Source of the DNA: Planktothrix sp. GU0601_MAG3
GTDB taxonomy: Bacteria; Cyanobacteriota; Cyanobacteriia; Cyanobacteriales; Microcoleaceae
Assembly (NCBI GenBank): GCA_035193785.1
Contig: CP136572.1
Location: forward strand, 1,280,001-1,344,000
Direction: 5' to 3'
DNA: 64,000 bases
Position 1 is the first letter of the stretch. Each line of letters opens with the position of its first letter. Positions 9,718 to 20,323 of this stretch are shown one piece after another. The notes below the pieces were generated by a model. The model was given only the letters and a program-made list of their open reading frames with translations, did not search any database and had not been told where the DNA came from. Both the position numbers and the translations under genes were made by a program.

Positions 9718-11641
9718 TCAGCGCGTCTGAGTGGGTTGACCCGAAGGAATAGATTTAATTTGATTCTGACGAACTTGCCACCAAATTGCAAAACCCCCGG
9801 CAATAAATATCGCAAATAAAACTAAAATAAAAACCACCTCTTTCCACTTATAAATTGATTTAGATGGGGGCTTAACCTCTGGCTCAGAAATCGATTCATC
9901 ATATAATAGAACCTTAGATGCTTCCGTTGGTTCGGACTCCAAAGATTCTGTTTTTGTCTGTATAGGAGGTGTTTCTAGTAATACCAATTTTTGCGGAGAT
10001 ACCCCACAATAGGTCATCACAACTGAGATATTATCATGACCATTCTTTTCATTAGCAATGTCAATCCATTCTTGCACCGCCGACTCTAAAGATTGTTCTC
10101 CATTTAACACCGAAGCCGAAAAATATTGCCAACATTGTTCCACCCTTTGATTATCACTTAATCCATCGGAACATAATAATAATAATCCATCTTCCTCAAT
10201 AATAAATCGTTGTACCGCTGGCCGTAAAAATTCTGCTTCCCGGGTTCCCAAAGCCTGAGTTAAAGCCCCAGAAACCCGACCGTTGAGCGGCATCCCAATA
10301 TAAACCCCGACCGTGACTGACCTCCCGATTTGCTACGTCATCATCGACGGTTAATTGTTGACAGGAATTCTGAGTAATCCAATAGGCGCGACTATCCCCC
10401 ACATTCACTAAATATAATTCATGGCAATTAGTTAACTCAATCCCCTCGGGGGTTTTTACCTTTTGGGGTAACTGTAAAGCCATGACTAAAGTAGTTCCCA
10501 TCCGTTGTCTAAATTCTCGCCCCTGTTCATTATTTTGGGCGGCAATAACGTTATTAACAACTCGGGTAATTTCTTGCAGTTGTTCGATAATTAATTCCGG
10601 TGGGGCTAATTCCTCTTGCTGGGAAATTTCCGCCATAAAACTATGAATTAAAGGCTTTAAAGACTGTACCGCCAATTGACTCGCCACTTCCCCACCATCA
10701 TGGCCGCCCACCCCATCACAAACAATACTTAAATGGGGAATTAATTTATCATTGGGATAAAGATGAAAATTCCGCACATCAGAAATAGCTGGATAACAAC
10801 TATCCTCATTCTCCGAACGTCTGACCCCCACATCCGTTAGTCCCGTTACCGCCAAATGTAAGGGGAGTTGGGCCGCCTGTTCCATTAATAATTGATTCAG
10901 TTGACTCGCCACCTCCTTTAAGCAGTCCTCCTGATGACGCATCAATTGATGAATAGTTTGTAAGCGATACTGTATAGTCGGATGGGCTGTTTCTATCAAG
11001 GCCACCCAGGATTCCGCCAAATCTCGTTGGGTCGGTTGTACCTTGCCCTGATGCAGTTCTCGCAACCGCACCCGCCAACCGTCTACCCGCAGGTTCTCCT
11101 TGACGAACAAACTATAGGCCGCCCCCTGTTCGGTTAAGGGTATCCACAGTTGCAGCATTTGCCATAACCAATAGACCTGACGCACGGGGGAGGATTTCGG
11201 CCAGACTTCCACTAGAGTTGGGAATAGTTGACCCCGACTATCGACGGGAATATTGTCTAATAGTAGGGTTTCCGTCGTTTCTGGAGGAATCCCCAAGGGA
11301 TAAACCCCAAACACCCCAGGAATATGCAAATGATGGGGGGAGAGATATAAATAGGATAAGATTGACTCCGAAAGAATATCGGGCAAAATCGGTGGAGCTC
11401 CGGGTTTAGTATCTAACCAAACCTGGGGGAAGGTGACATAATAGCGATTTCCCACTAACTGACTGGGTTGAATTTGACCCGCCGAACCTGTCGCCCACAA
11501 ATACCGATAGGTTAAGGGGGTTTGACACGTCTGACAAATTTGATGTCCCAAGGAGTTACGCGGTTGGGAACAGGCCGGGTTGGTGCAGTGAATCGGCGGC
11601 GGCGCCGAGGTGCTAATTTGAAATAATTTTTCTAAGGACAC
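9718..11641 (-). CDS. PP2C-family Ser/Thr phosphatase with N-terminal Cys4 motif and C-terminal TM (frameshift at ~10273)
   Basis: CTNPAC..CQTC; TDVGVRRSENED, VCDGVGGHDGGEVAS, MGTT, NVGDSRAY; then ALTQALG, LLLCSDGLSD, GHDNIS. Confidence 0.9.
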
Positions 11642-11818
11642 GGCTAGAACTGTTAATAGGGGACTTAATCGTAGAAAGGCTAATAATATAAGAGGATTGT
11701 AGCTTTTATGGATTTATAGAAATAAAGGGGAAGAGTTAAAATTCACTACCTTCAAAAAGTGAGAATGGCAACAAAGTTTTATAATACATAGAAAGTACCA
11801 ATTATTTAAACCTTAACA

Positions 11819-12499
11819 TTGATGAACACAGAATCTTATATTTTTGTTGCGGGTGCAAGTCGCGGCGTCGGCCGAGAAGTGGTCAAACTCCTCCGCCACC
11901 AGCAAATAAACGTCAAAGCCCTATTAAGAACACCGGATACCCGCCCAGAATTGGAAGCCCTGGGGGTGCGGGTGGTGATGGGGGATGCCTTGGATATAAC
12001 CGCCGTTGAACAGGCTATATTAGGCCCAGAACCAATTTCGGCGGTGATTAGTACCATTGGCGGTTTACCCAAGGATGGGCAGCGGGCGGACTATTTAGGG
12101 AATCAACACCTAATTGACGCGGCGGTGAAGGCGGGCGTCGGGAAGTTTATTCTTGTGTCTTCGATTGGCAGTGGGGAAAGTGTCGTAGCTTTGCCTCCCC
12201 AAGCCTTAGAAACCTTAAAATCGGTTTTGGTGGAAAAGGAAAAAGCAGAACAGTATTTAATTAATAGTGGACTGAATTACACGATTATTCGTCCGGGGGG
12301 GCTGAAATCTGAACCCGCTACGGGAAACGGCGTATTAACAGAAAATTATCGGGTAGCGGGAACAATTCATCGGGCTGATGTTGCTCAATTGGTCTGTGAT
12401 TGTTTATGTTCAGAGGTAGCTAATCATAAGACTCTCTCAGCTATTGACCGGAATATGACCTACGGACAACCGGATTTTGAGATTTTGAATTTGGGTTAA
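11819..12499 (+). CDS. NAD(P)H-binding atypical SDR oxidoreductase
   Basis: IFVAGASRGVG Rossmann motif, FILVSSIG, YTIIRPGGL, IHRADVA. Confidence 0.85.
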   Translation: MMNTESYIFVAGASRGVGREVVKLLRHQQINVKALLRTPDTRPELEALGVRVVMGDALDITAVEQAILGPEPISAVISTIGGLPKDGQRADYLGNQHLIDAAVKAGVGKFILVSSIGSGESVVALPPQALETLKSVLVEKEKAEQYLINSGLNYTIIRPGGLKSEPATGNGVLTENYRVAGTIHRADVAQLVCDCLCSEVANHKTLSAIDRNMTYGQPDFEILNLG

Positions 12500-12601
12500 A
12501 TCTGATTCATTGATTCGCTGGGAAAGCGCTGAAACGGCGGTTCTAAGCGTTAAGGGTGAAACGAAGCAATCACAGGGAATTTGAGAAATTTACCAGTTTT
12601 T

Positions 12602-12841
12602 CTAATCTAAATTGACCTGGATTCTCGTTTCATCCCAACTGTTTTCAACTTGCCAATTTGGATCTTGATTATTCTCTAAATTTGCATTAATATTTTTAGC
12701 AACTTGATTGAGTTTATCCTGGGATAAACTTTCTGAATTAGAAGTTTTTGCTTGCAGTTCGTCGATACTAATACTAACAATTTCTAAACCATCTCCAGAC
12801 TGGGCGGGCTGGGATTTATCTTTGGCATCGGATTTAGACAT
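12602..12841 (-). CDS. Small hypothetical protein
   Basis: 79-aa ORF, co-directional with its neighbours; no recognised motif. Confidence 0.45.
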   Translation of the reverse strand: MSKSDAKDKSQPAQSGDGLEIVSISIDELQAKTSNSESLSQDKLNQVAKNINANLENNQDPNWQVENSWDETRIQVNLD

Positions 12842-12889
12842 TTTTACTCTTTTATAAATAGGGATATAACTCTATTGTAACCGAAATTA

Positions 12890-13525
12890 TTAAAAAGGCA
12901 AATCATCTTCAAAATCTTGATGATTTTCTAAAGGTTGTACTTGAGACGCAATCATTTTTTCCGCTTGTTTAATTCTTTCAAATAAAGAAGAACGAGATTG
13001 TTGGCGTTTTTGAATTAATTTATTAATATTATATTTGACTTTCAATTCTTCTCGTTGCTCTGGGGATAAGGGTTGATAATCCGTTAAAAAATCCGCCGCC
13101 GTCACAATGGGAACCCTAGGGCCCAATTTCTCCATCGGAATTTGGGGAAGACGGGCTAAAAAATAGTCTTTTCTGTTTCTAATCTGTTCAGACTTATTAT
13201 TGATTTCAGCAATAATCCCGATAATTTGACTCAAATGATGGTTAGATAAAGCCCTCTGAATATCCAAACTTTCCAAGGGAATTTCCAAGGTTTCTATTTG
13301 TTTTAAAATCTCAGGAGGAATATGATCTAAATTAGGCGGATTAGCCGTTGTTTTTAAAGTAATTAAAGCCTGATTTAATTGAGTTTCAATCTCGTTGACA
13401 ACCTCTCGGTGATGGTCTTGAGAAACCGGATTTTGTAACAGGTCTTGCAGGTTTTGAGTGGCTTGTTGCAAAAGCTCAAGGGTTGCCTGAAGTTGGGGGG
13501 AATGGTTGGATTTAAAGTGGTTCAA
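12890..13525 (-). CDS. Hypothetical protein
   Basis: 211-aa ORF coupled to the upstream gene; ends in acidic DDLPF. Confidence 0.6.
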   Translation of the reverse strand: MNHFKSNHSPQLQATLELLQQATQNLQDLLQNPVSQDHHREVVNEIETQLNQALITLKTTANPPNLDHIPPEILKQIETLEIPLESLDIQRALSNHHLSQIIGIIAEINNKSEQIRNRKDYFLARLPQIPMEKLGPRVPIVTAADFLTDYQPLSPEQREELKVKYNINKLIQKRQQSRSSLFERIKQAEKMIASQVQPLENHQDFEDDLPF

Positions 13526-13760
13526 GGTCTTCTAATTCCTGGGTAGACTGCCATCCGGGTTGCCATAAAGCCCGGTCTTGAAGTTGTTGGGCATTTAGCC
13601 AAAATCTCACCTTGGGGTCACAGGATGCCACCATTTCGGCAAATACCCATTTGCCTTGATTTTTGCGGTTCGCGACCTGGAAATGTCTCCAGCCCCAGGT
13701 TTTTTGATGGGATGTCCATTTAGAACCTAAAAGATAAGGGAATTTTTGCTTTTTTGCCAT
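13512..13760 (-). CDS. TIGR02450-family tryptophan-rich protein
   Basis: LLGSKWT..TWGWRHFQV..RFWLNAQQLQDRALWQPGW. Confidence 0.8.
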   Translation of the reverse strand: MAKKQKFPYLLGSKWTSHQKTWGWRHFQVANRKNQGKWVFAEMVASCDPKVRFWLNAQQLQDRALWQPGWQSTQELEDLEPL

Positions 13761-13918
13761 GCTTAAGATCTGGACATCGGACAATAACAGTAATTGTTAA
13801 CGATTGTGACAGATTTTTGGCTCACTTGCCAAGGTGGTTTTTGAATACGACAGGTTGTCATAGTTTATGGTAGGATGTTTTTCAACGCTTAGAAGATTAC
13901 ATTTTTTAGAGGCAAGTT

Positions 13919-14332
13919 ATGAATCAGATGGTTTCAGTGTCCAAGCGGGTCGCCCTAGTTTTATCTGTGGCCTTTTTAATGATTAGCACGTTTGTTTTTG
14001 GTGTTGGTCAAGCCTCCGCAGAAACTTATACTGTGAAAATGGGTGCTGATTCGGGGATGTTAAAATTTGATCCGAGCAGAGTAGAAGTCAAACCGGGTGA
14101 TGTGGTTAAATTTGTGAATAACAAACTCCCTCCCCATAATGCAGTTTTTGATAAAGCCAAATCCCCATCAGCAGATGTGGCGGTGAAACTGTCCCATAAA
14201 GCATTACTTCAAAAACCGGGTGATTCCTTTGAAGTTGCCTTCACCGACGATATGCCTGCTGGTGTTTATTCCTACTATTGTGAACCCCACCGTGGCGCGG
14301 GTATGAACGGTGAAATTGTTCTGACAAAATAA
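13919..14332 (+). CDS. petE: Plastocyanin
   Basis: Signal peptide ending [17 protein letters not shown], and copper ligands PHNAVF and [11 protein letters not shown]. Confidence 0.96.
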   Translation: MNQMVSVSKRVALVLSVAFLMISTFVFGVGQASAETYTVKMGADSGMLKFDPSRVEVKPGDVVKFVNNKLPPHNAVFDKAKSPSADVAVKLSHKALLQKPGDSFEVAFTDDMPAGVYSYYCEPHRGAGMNGEIVLTK

Positions 14333-14365
14333 TTAGAGTCTAGTTACTTTAATTTAATCGTTAAC

Positions 14366-14413
14366 TTTGGGTAGTTTTTTGTTGGTTATCACACTAACAG
14401 GAGACTGCCCAAA
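14366..14413. terminator. Stem-loop between convergent petE and psbV, possible terminator
   Basis: tttgggtagttttttgttgg...ctaacaggagactgcccaaa forms a long imperfect hairpin. Confidence 0.5.
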
Positions 14414-14648
14414 TGTTTTTGGGAATTACGAATTACGAATTACGAATTACGAATTGGGAGGAAAACAAAAAACTTCAAGTTTTTTTCCTAAACACTATGC
14501 AGGAGAATGCTTTAAAATTTCAGACTTTAGATGTTAAATTAAAGATAATTTTGTTTGAGTTTCCCCACCTTTAGTAGAAATAGCTAAAACGTTAAAATCA
14601 TCCCTAACCCAAAACCTAAAGTCCAAAATTGTCAATTGTTAACCGATG

Positions 14649-15140
14649 TTAGCGGAGGTATTTACCACCACCCCATTGTTCGGGACGAACTTTGGGTTCT
14701 AATAATAGATATCCAGCCAGATTATATAAATCATCTTCCGTCAGATTTCGCATGGCGACGAAAATATCTGAACTCTTGGTACTGGGATGGGTTTCAGAAA
14801 TTTCGTCTAGTCCATCATAGGTCGTGGGATTTTTGATAAAGTCGATCAGGGCGACAATATTATCGCGGGAGGGGGATGCCCCGGCTAAGGTTGCAGGACT
14901 AAGGTTAATATCAGGATTGGTTTTGGTCATCCCTAAAGCATGACAGGAAGCGCAGGCCTTATTAAATAGGTTTTTGCCCTTCTTCAGTTGTTTTTCGCTC
15001 AGAACAACGGTTTCGCCCTGGTCATTTAGGGGTAAAGTCCGAAGTTCTTGGGTCAAGTCTACCGCATTGGCATTCGTGACAAACAGTTGGAAGGTGAAAA
15101 ATACCGTGGCTATTGCCAGCCAAAAGTATCTTTTTAGCAT
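14649..15140 (-). CDS. psbV: Cytochrome c550 (PSII extrinsic)
   Basis: Signal peptide, CASCH heme motif, TKTNP, NPTTYDG, HPS, WGGGK. Confidence 0.95.
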   Translation of the reverse strand: MLKRYFWLAIATVFFTFQLFVTNANAVDLTQELRTLPLNDQGETVVLSEKQLKKGKNLFNKACASCHALGMTKTNPDINLSPATLAGASPSRDNIVALIDFIKNPTTYDGLDEISETHPSTKSSDIFVAMRNLTEDDLYNLAGYLLLEPKVRPEQWGGGKYLR

Positions 15141-15349
15141 GGTTCTCCTTATGACTAAGTTAGTGATTAAAAGCTAAATCCAGTCTTGGCTTGATCCGCG
15201 AACAGAAGTTAGTTAAGTTTGGGTTCAGGTTATGGAATGTCCCTGATCCCGGTAATTAGCTGATCGGCATTTGTCAATCGTCTATTGTTATTTACCACTT
15301 TTTACAATCTGCGAAATATAATTTCACAGAGGGTTAATCGGTGATTGAA

Positions 15350-15538
15350 CTATTGGGACTCTGGGGACTGGCTTTGGGCCGTGATTTGGGACATCAAAGT
15401 TTTGGCGTCCTCCAGGGCTAAACGGGTTTGAGAATGTTGATAGGCAATTCCCAGTTGGTCGCATAGTTTGAGTACAGTCTCAACGGGGAGATTGTAGTCC
15501 TCTGCTATTTCTGTGATGGACAGGTCGGCAAAACCCAT
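15350..15538 (-). CDS. Small IF-2 N-terminal-domain-like protein
   Basis: MGFADLSITEIAEDYNLPVETVLKLCDQLGIAY...RLALEDAK. Confidence 0.7.
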   Translation of the reverse strand: MGFADLSITEIAEDYNLPVETVLKLCDQLGIAYQHSQTRLALEDAKTLMSQITAQSQSPESQ

Positions 15539-15648
15539 AAGTCTGTTTAAACAATAGGTCTTGATCAAAAATTATAGGAACCTTTGGTATCTTATGAAAA
15601 CCAACAATTTGATCGCGATCGCCACTAAATACCGCCCAACAGTTCCCA

Positions 15649-16611
15649 CTAGACTGACTTAGAGGGTGAGATGCCCTGAGACAAGTCTATGGGTGTATGA
15701 CCCGAGGTTAGGGGTGTAACTTCAGCAGTATGGGATAAAGGCTGGGAAGTTTGGGGATGACGATGGAGACGAATCAATTGGGCCAGAGTTTTTTTGAGTT
15801 GGGTACGGGGGACAATGGCATCCACAAACCCATAGTTCAATAGGTATTCTGAGGTTTGGAAATCATCGGGTAATTTCTCTCTCAGGGTTTGTTCAATTAC
15901 CCGTCTTCCGGCAAAACCAATAGTTGCTTTCGGCTCGGCTAAAATCATATCCCCTAACATGGCAAAACTAGCCGTCACCCCGCCGGTGGTGGGATGGGTG
16001 AGGACGGGAATATACAGCAGTCGGGATTTGCGGTGGCGATGCAAGGCGGCGGAGATTTTCGCCATCTGCATCAGACTTAACATTCCTTCCTGCATCCTCG
16101 CGCCCCCCGAGGCACAAATAATGACGACGGGATAGCCTTCATTACTGCCATGTTCAATCAGACGGGTGAGTTTTTCCCCGACCACCGAACCCATACTGCC
16201 GCCCATAAACCGGAAGTCCATGACTCCCAGGGCCACGGGTTCGCCCTCAAGTAACCCAATTCCGGTTTGTACTGCATCGGATAATCCGGTTTTTTCCCGG
16301 GTTTCTCGCAGTCGATCACTGTAGGATTTGCGATCGCGGAATTTCAGGGGATCAACTGCATACATTTCGGCATCTAAAGCCATCCAAGTATTCGGATCAA
16401 TCAATTGCCCAATTCGCTCATCGCTATTGACCATGAAATGATGATCGCATTCCAAACAAACCTTATTATTGGCCTGTAGGTCTTTGGCATAAGTTAAAGC
16501 ATTACACCGTTCGCACTTCACCCATAGCCCATCAGCAATTTCCCGTTCTTGGGGTTCAGGATTGCTTGGTAATAATTTGCGCCGATTTGCGAACCAATCA
16601 AATAGAGACAT
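15649..16611 (-). CDS. accD: Acetyl-CoA carboxylase carboxyltransferase beta subunit
   Basis: [13 protein letters not shown] zinc finger, [45 protein letters not shown]. Confidence 0.97.
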   Translation of the reverse strand: MSLFDWFANRRKLLPSNPEPQEREIADGLWVKCERCNALTYAKDLQANNKVCLECDHHFMVNSDERIGQLIDPNTWMALDAEMYAVDPLKFRDRKSYSDRLRETREKTGLSDAVQTGIGLLEGEPVALGVMDFRFMGGSMGSVVGEKLTRLIEHGSNEGYPVVIICASGGARMQEGMLSLMQMAKISAALHRHRKSRLLYIPVLTHPTTGGVTASFAMLGDMILAEPKATIGFAGRRVIEQTLREKLPDDFQTSEYLLNYGFVDAIVPRTQLKKTLAQLIRLHRHPQTSQPLSHTAEVTPLTSGHTPIDLSQGISPSKSV

Positions 16612-16796
16612 TAAAAATTGTTTTAACTTTTGCTGTTTCCAGTTTAAGACCGTGAGGCGTTTGGAAATTTGGGGATTCCCGTTGGCCCCAGGATTAAATT
16701 TCAGATCTATATCATAATAGAACGATCTATAGCAAGTCTTAACGTTTAATCTACGGATTCTAAATTCTTCATCAATGGGGCTGAATCGGAGCCATG

Positions 16797-17600
16797 CTAA
16801 TTGACGATGGGAAAAAATAAACCTAGATAGGTGGAGAGGATTTCATGCCCCCAGAGGGCAGTAATAGCAGCACCCAGGGCGAGAAAGGGGCCGAAGGGGA
16901 TGGGTTGACGGCGATTGATTAAACCGAGTGCGAGCGCCCCTCCCCCGACTACGGCTCCGAATAGGCAAGCGATAAATCCGGCTACGAGTAAGTATTTCCA
17001 CCCTAGCCAAGCCCCCATCAAAGCTGCGAGTTTACTATCTCCGGCCCCCATGGCCGTTTGTCCCATAGCCAGGGTTCCCACAAAGGATATGATGTCAAAT
17101 AACCATAATCCCAGCACCGCCCCAATGATCCCCGTGATTAACCCGTAACTGGGGGTTGAGGACTGGCTGAGTTGAAATCCTAAACCCAATACTAGCCCCG
17201 ACTGGGTGAGAACATTCGGGAGGGTATAGGTATCTAGGTCAATCAGGGATAGGGCAATTAACCAACTGAATAACACCCAATACCCGAATATTTGGGGGAG
17301 GGTGGAAAAGCTCAAAAATATGATTAAAAATAAAAGTCCCGTAGTCGCTTCGACAATCGGATAGCGGCTGGAAATGGGTGCATGGCAATGTTTACAACGT
17401 CCCCTTAACCACAGCCAACCAAAGACGGGAATATTTTCTGAGGGACTCAACTGCGTTAAACAGTGGGGACAGCGAGAGGGGGGATGCAGTACGGATAAAC
17501 CCGCCGGAATTCGATAAATCACGACGTTGAGAAAACTGCCTATCGATGCTCCCAGGGCAAACACAATTAAATAGGCGGGTAAACTCAGTAGAATATTCAT
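16797..17600 (-). CDS. pilD: Type IV prepilin peptidase
   Basis: [41 protein letters not shown]. Confidence 0.93.
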   Translation of the reverse strand: MNILLSLPAYLIVFALGASIGSFLNVVIYRIPAGLSVLHPPSRCPHCLTQLSPSENIPVFGWLWLRGRCKHCHAPISSRYPIVEATTGLLFLIIFLSFSTLPQIFGYWVLFSWLIALSLIDLDTYTLPNVLTQSGLVLGLGFQLSQSSTPSYGLITGIIGAVLGLWLFDIISFVGTLAMGQTAMGAGDSKLAALMGAWLGWKYLLVAGFIACLFGAVVGGGALALGLINRRQPIPFGPFLALGAAITALWGHEILSTYLGLFFPIVN

Positions 17601-17628
17601 GTTTGACCTAAATTTCTGGCTTGGGCAG

Positions 17629-17892
17629 TTAAAACAAATCGGCTTCAATCTGTTCAAAGGGGATAAAATATTCCCCGGGGAGCAAAATCGGTTGACCGGA
17701 AAATAATAAGCAACTACGATGATTACTAGGATTGATGGCTACCCCCGACGGCCGCCGCATTCGTTGGGCGTGGACTTCTACATAGGTATGATAGATCTGT
17801 TTAGCCACCCTAATTAAGTCGGCATTAAGCTTATGGGAAAGGGTTTGAGGGTTAGCCAGAAATTCAGTTTGGAGTTGTAAGGCTTGTACCAT
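17629..17892 (-). CDS. Conserved cyanobacterial hypothetical protein
   Basis: AKQIYHTY..RRPSGVAIN..PILLPGEYFIPFEQIE, upstream of pilD. Confidence 0.65.
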   Translation of the reverse strand: MVQALQLQTEFLANPQTLSHKLNADLIRVAKQIYHTYVEVHAQRMRRPSGVAINPSNHRSCLLFSGQPILLPGEYFIPFEQIEADLF

Positions 17893-18008
17893 AGTTGACC
17901 CTCAATTACAAATTTTAGAGGAAAAAAACGATGTTAATTTAATATATAGCGATCCTAAATAGGTTGTAACATTTCAATACTAATATTAAACAGTCAGAAG
18001 TATTACCC

Positions 18009-18126
18009 CCTATTGCCTATTGCCTATTGCCTATTGCCTATTGCCTATTCCCTGTTCTCGTTCGACCGTTCGACAGGCTCACGGCTCACGACGCAGCCTG
18101 TTCCCTGTTCCCTATTCCCTATTCCC
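18009..18126. repeat. STRR (CCTATTG)n / (CCCTGTT)n array interrupted by a nested TTCGAC..GCTCA micro-element
   Basis: Tandem heptamers flank cgttcgac-cgttcgacaggctcacg-gctcacg (18059-18090). Confidence 0.8.
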
Positions 18127-18143
18127 TCTCAAATTAAAATTTT

Positions 18144-18935
18144 ATGATAAACGATAAACCAACTTTACTGGCACTTGATTTTGATGGGGTTCTTTGCGAT
18201 GGACTTCTGGAATATTTTCAAACCGCCTGGCAAACCTATTGTCAACTTTGGTCGAGTCCTCCAGATATTTTGCCGGAAGAATTGGCTCCTTTATTTTATC
18301 GAACTCGCCCGGTGATTGAAATTGGTTGGGAAATGCCTGTTTTAATTCGAGCTTTGGTTTTGGGAATTTCTGAGAGTGAAATTTTACAGAATTGGTCACA
18401 AATTGCCCATAATATTGTTACGGAAGAACAATTAAAAGCGGAGATCATTGGCCCCCATTTGGATAGGGTTCGGGATGAATGGATTAATAATGATTTATCT
18501 GGTTGGTTGGGATTACATCGGTTTTATCCGGGTGTAATTGAACGAATTGAACCTTTGATTGAAGATGGTTTTCCTGTTTATATTATTACCACAAAAGAGG
18601 AAAGATTTGTGCGATCGCTTCTCCAAGAACAAGGAATTACTATTCCTGAAAACCGAATTTTTGGCAAAGGCTATAAACGTCCGAAATATGAAATTCTACG
18701 GGAGTTATTAGCAAGTATTGAACCGACTCCGCATATTTGGTTTGTTGAAGATCGGTTACAGACCTTATTATCAGTACCACAACAACCGGATTTAAACAAC
18801 GTTCAATTATTTTTAGCAAATTGGGGTTATAATATTCAAAAAGAACGGGATTTAGCTTCGGAATCTTCAGCTATTCATTTATTATCTTTATCTCAATTTA
18901 GCCAAGAATTTTCCGCCTGGTTAACCGTTGAATAG
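18144..18935 (+). CDS. HAD-superfamily hydrolase
   Basis: LALDFDGVLCD motif I, IITTK motif II, FVEDR motif IV. Confidence 0.88.
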   Translation: MINDKPTLLALDFDGVLCDGLLEYFQTAWQTYCQLWSSPPDILPEELAPLFYRTRPVIEIGWEMPVLIRALVLGISESEILQNWSQIAHNIVTEEQLKAEIIGPHLDRVRDEWINNDLSGWLGLHRFYPGVIERIEPLIEDGFPVYIITTKEERFVRSLLQEQGITIPENRIFGKGYKRPKYEILRELLASIEPTPHIWFVEDRLQTLLSVPQQPDLNNVQLFLANWGYNIQKERDLASESSAIHLLSLSQFSQEFSAWLTVE

Positions 18936-18964
18936 TACCATTTTTGTCCGATTATCTTCCTATT

Positions 18965-19846
18965 TTAGCCTTGATTTAAGGATTGAATATAATTGACTTC
19001 TTCTTGCCAATAGGATGGTAGGCTATTCCAGGGATCTTTGTCTGGACTATCAGGGCTATCATCGGTAATATAAATATATTGGATATTCCGTTCTACGGCT
19101 TTGTCAATATGGCTTTTCATCGTGGCTACATCGGGTACGGTATGAATTAAGGTCGAAAAACGTTTAGCATCATAATTACTGACATAGGGAGAAGGTTGAT
19201 ATTTCGGCCATTCCTTAGAATAATTCTCAAAAATGATAGCAATATCCGCGGCGGGTTTACTCAGATATCCTTCGTCTGGATGAGTTCCTTGATTCAATAT
19301 AACGGTATCTAAATTGGGTTTGGCTTTAGTATAGTTATATATTTCCTGATAGTAGTCTAATTTATCCTTTCCACTCGCGGCTTCATCGAAAAAAATGCCC
19401 CGAAGATCGTAGTATTTACTATAGAGATCAATATCGGTTTTGACTTGCTGAATATCCCGCTTGCCATAGTTAGTCGCAACATATCCTAAGATCTTAATAT
19501 TATCTTGACGCAGATCATTTAGACCTTTGGTATAGTCCTGATTAGGCGGACTTCCACCGGGGCCATTATTCGGATTAATTACGGCTATGACGGGTACTTT
19601 TTTGGCTGCTTTGACAACTTCCGGCCAAAAATAAGTCTTTTGATTATACCAAGTGGGATAGGAATATAGGGGAATTAGCAGTTGCATTTTAGTCAGATGT
19701 TCCGGCTGTTTTGCTGAACAGACTGTTAATAAAGATGACAACAAAAATATCACAGTCAAAGTGCTAACTTTAGCGTTAAAACCAGGTATTTGTGGGCAAA
19801 ATATCTGGAGAAACTGTTTCTTGACGTTTGCTAACCAGGCTTTCAT
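18965..19846 (-). CDS. Spherulation-specific family 4 (GH135-like) secreted protein
   Basis: LLIPLYSYP, AVINPNNGPG, LGYVATNYG, GIFFDE, IFE, YIYITD and PWNSLPSYW, with a signal/lipoprotein-like N-terminus. Confidence 0.8.
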   Translation of the reverse strand: MKAWLANVKKQFLQIFCPQIPGFNAKVSTLTVIFLLSSLLTVCSAKQPEHLTKMQLLIPLYSYPTWYNQKTYFWPEVVKAAKKVPVIAVINPNNGPGGSPPNQDYTKGLNDLRQDNIKILGYVATNYGKRDIQQVKTDIDLYSKYYDLRGIFFDEAASGKDKLDYYQEIYNYTKAKPNLDTVILNQGTHPDEGYLSKPAADIAIIFENYSKEWPKYQPSPYVSNYDAKRFSTLIHTVPDVATMKSHIDKAVERNIQYIYITDDSPDSPDKDPWNSLPSYWQEEVNYIQSLNQG

Positions 19847-19994
19847 AATTGTAGAACAAGTTGGGTGAAGTTTTCAACCGCATATTCCGCAGATTATAAC
19901 ATTGTTTATTTTAAGACTGCCTGATCTGCGATATACTTTTAACTATGTTCAGGGGGTAGGCTTAGGCGACCCTACTTTGTTAAGTTAAAAAAAA

Positions 19995-20312
19995 ATGGGT
20001 TGGATTTATTTAATTTTAGCCGGACTATTTGAATTGGGATTTTCTAGTTTTCTTAAACTCTCAGAAGGACTAACAAAACTCCCGGCAATTTTAGCGTTTA
20101 TTGGCTTTGGGGCGTTAAGTTTTGGGTTTTTAAGCAAGGCTATGCAAACCATTCCCCTTGGCACTGCTTACGCTGTTTGGACAGGAATTGGAGCATTAGG
20201 AACAATAATTGTTGGAATTATTTTTTTTAAAGATCCTGTTAGTTTAGGGCGTTTATTTTTCGTGGGTTTATTAGTAGTTTCTTTAATTGGTTTAAAAGCA
20301 ACTTCTTCCTGA
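19995..20312 (+). CDS. SMR-family small multidrug / guanidinium exporter (SugE/Gdx-like)
   Basis: WIYLILAGLFE (membrane Glu), LKLSEG and IPLGTAYAVWTGIG; 105 aa. Confidence 0.88.
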   Translation: MGWIYLILAGLFELGFSSFLKLSEGLTKLPAILAFIGFGALSFGFLSKAMQTIPLGTAYAVWTGIGALGTIIVGIIFFKDPVSLGRLFFVGLLVVSLIGLKATSS

Positions 20313-20323
20313 TTTAATTCATA

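Noticed and set aside
9491..9730. 79-aa ORF MLKKGTGNREQATGKREQ...
   Set aside because: It is a translation of the heptamer repeat and the CRISPR-like sequence in an intergenic region.
19930..19994. Guanidine riboswitch upstream of the SugE/Gdx-like gene
   Set aside because: Only a weak GTAGG/CCTAC hairpin is present. I could not see twin ACGR loops or ykkC consensus elements; an Rfam scan would be needed.
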